From NCBI GenBank assembly GCA_016868395.1, contig VGGW01000001.1, positions 1-41,454 of the forward strand: a DNA stretch of 41,454 nt. Direction: 5' to 3'. The stretch comes from Bacteroidota bacterium. Its GTDB lineage: Bacteria > Bacteroidota > Bacteroidia > Sphingobacteriales > Sphingobacteriaceae. Of this stretch, positions 40,069 to 41,454 are shown in pieces. Made by a program: the position numbers and the translations under genes. Positions within the stretch are counted from its first letter, which is position 1, and every line of letters begins with the position of its first letter. A model generated the notes under the pieces. The model saw only the letters and a program-made list of their open reading frames with translations, did no database searches and was not told the DNA's origin.

Positions 40069-41454
40069 ATGTGCGGAATTGTGGGTTATATCGGATACCG
40101 TGAAGCCTGGCCTGTTATTATCAAGGGATTGCAACGCCTGGAATACAGAGGATATGATAGTGCCGGCGTCGCGCTGATGAATGATCAGCTTAGAATTTTT
40201 AAAAAGGCCGGTAAAGTGAGTGACCTTAAAGATTCAGTTGAAGGTGAAGTTCTTACTGGAACTGCAGGAATGGGTCATACCCGATGGGCTACTCATGGTG
40301 AACCTTCAGACCGCAATTCTCATCCCCATACATCCGGCGATGACCGGTTGGCAATTATACACAATGGGATAATTGAAAACTATTCTAGTTTGAAAGAGAC
40401 TTTATTGTCCAGAGGTCATTCTTTTAAAAGCGATACCGATACCGAAGTTCTCATTCATTTAATTGAAGATATTCAACAACAAACCGGACTTGAAATCAGG
40501 GAGGCGGTAAGAATTGCACTCGACAAAGTTATCGGTGCTTATGCCATTGTCATTATGGATAAGGATGAACCGGGTGAATTAATCGCCGCTCGAAAGGGAA
40601 GTCCAATGGTACTTGGGGTTGGTGATGGAGAGTATTTTATTGCTTCTGATGCTTCACCTATCATTGAATACACAAAGAATGTTATTTACTTGAATGATAA
40701 TGAAATTGCATGTATTAAGCGAGATGAATTACTAATTAAGAATATTGACAATACCGTTCAAATACCCTACGTACAAGAACTCGAATTAAAGCTCGAAATG
40801 CTTGAAAAGGGTGGCTTTGATCACTTCATGCTCAAAGAAATTTTCGAACAACCCAGGTCAATAAAAGACTGTATGAGAGGTCGCATTTACCCTGCTGAAG
40901 GTTATGTTCAGTTAGGGGGTATCAAATAATATGGAGAAAAACTGAAGAATATTGATCGTATTGTAATTGTTGCTTGTGGTACTTCATGGCATGCCGGACT
41001 AGTAGGTGAATATCTCATTGAAGAATGTTCCCGCATCCCTGTTGAGGTTGAATATGCATCAGAATTCAGGTATCGTAATCCGATTATATCTGAAAAAGAT
41101 ATTGTAATTGCGGTATCTCAATCTGGGGAAACAGCTGATACTATGGCAGCCATTGAGCTTGCAAAATCAAAAGGGGCAACCATTTTTGGGATTTGTAATG
41201 TTGTGGGAGCTTCCATACCCCGATTGAGCAATGCCGGTGTATACACTCATGCAGGCCCTGAAATAGGGGTTGCTTCTACAAAAGCATTTACCGCACAAGT
41301 TACTGTCCTTACCTTGATGGCTTTGTATATGGCTCAGCAAAGAGGTAAGATAACTCAAAGCAAAATGGTTCATCTTCTCACAGAGCTTGATAACATTCCT
41401 GCGCTGGTAGAAAAATGTCTCCTATCTAACGATAATATTAAAAATATCTCCGAG
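40069..41454 (+). pseudogene. glmS: Glutamine--fructose-6-phosphate aminotransferase with an in-frame TAA at 40927-40929; runs off the window end (nonsense mutation or sequencing error)
   Basis: MCGIVG, LEYRGYDSAG, GHTRWATHG, HNGIIEN before the stop; same frame continues ACGTS, SQSGETADT, HAGPEIGVASTKAFT with no further stop. Confidence 0.92.

Noticed and set aside
30326-40929. Stop-codon reassignment as the cause of the internal TAG and TAA
   Set aside because: TAG ends rpsB and frr, TAA ends rplM, rpsI, tsf and pyrH at their expected C-termini, and no other gene needs read-through.
1-41454. CRISPR array, tRNA or rRNA genes
   Set aside because: No regularly spaced direct repeats, cloverleaf or rRNA-like sequence seen in any intergenic region by eye.

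Overview
AT-rich chromosomal window of a Bacteroidota bacterium. Several TAnnTTTG (-7) / TTTG (-33) promoters and near absence of Shine-Dalgarno sites support the phylum; a Sphingobacteriaceae-like placement is an inference. It is mostly core genes: rplM-rpsI-rpsB-tsf-(nagA)-pyrH-frr, recG, RidA, OmpA, aminopeptidase P, meaB, a GT2/GT2/ABC/GT2 + FkbM glycan cluster, rimP-nusA-infB, M1 aminopeptidase, acyl-CoA dehydrogenase, rfaE2, panC and glmS. The main unexplained element is a 437-bp non-coding insertion (23260-23696). It has IS982-like terminal inverted repeats and a perfect 7-bp target duplication (TAATTTA), sits exactly between the stop codons of two convergent genes, and its interior can fold into an extensive multi-stem RNA with G-U pairs favouring the + strand. 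Other items: a canonical AGGAGG Shine-Dalgarno only at rpsB, nested REP-like palindromes between rpsB and tsf, a rimP leader attenuator, an unlisted 45-aa gene, a KTGGL-less half glycogen-synthase upstream of glmS, and three interrupted genes (ABC frameshift, in-frame TAG in a YvlD-like gene, in-frame TAA in glmS) that may be sequencing errors. No rRNA, tRNA or CRISPR array seen. All calls are by eye; no searches or folding programs were run.
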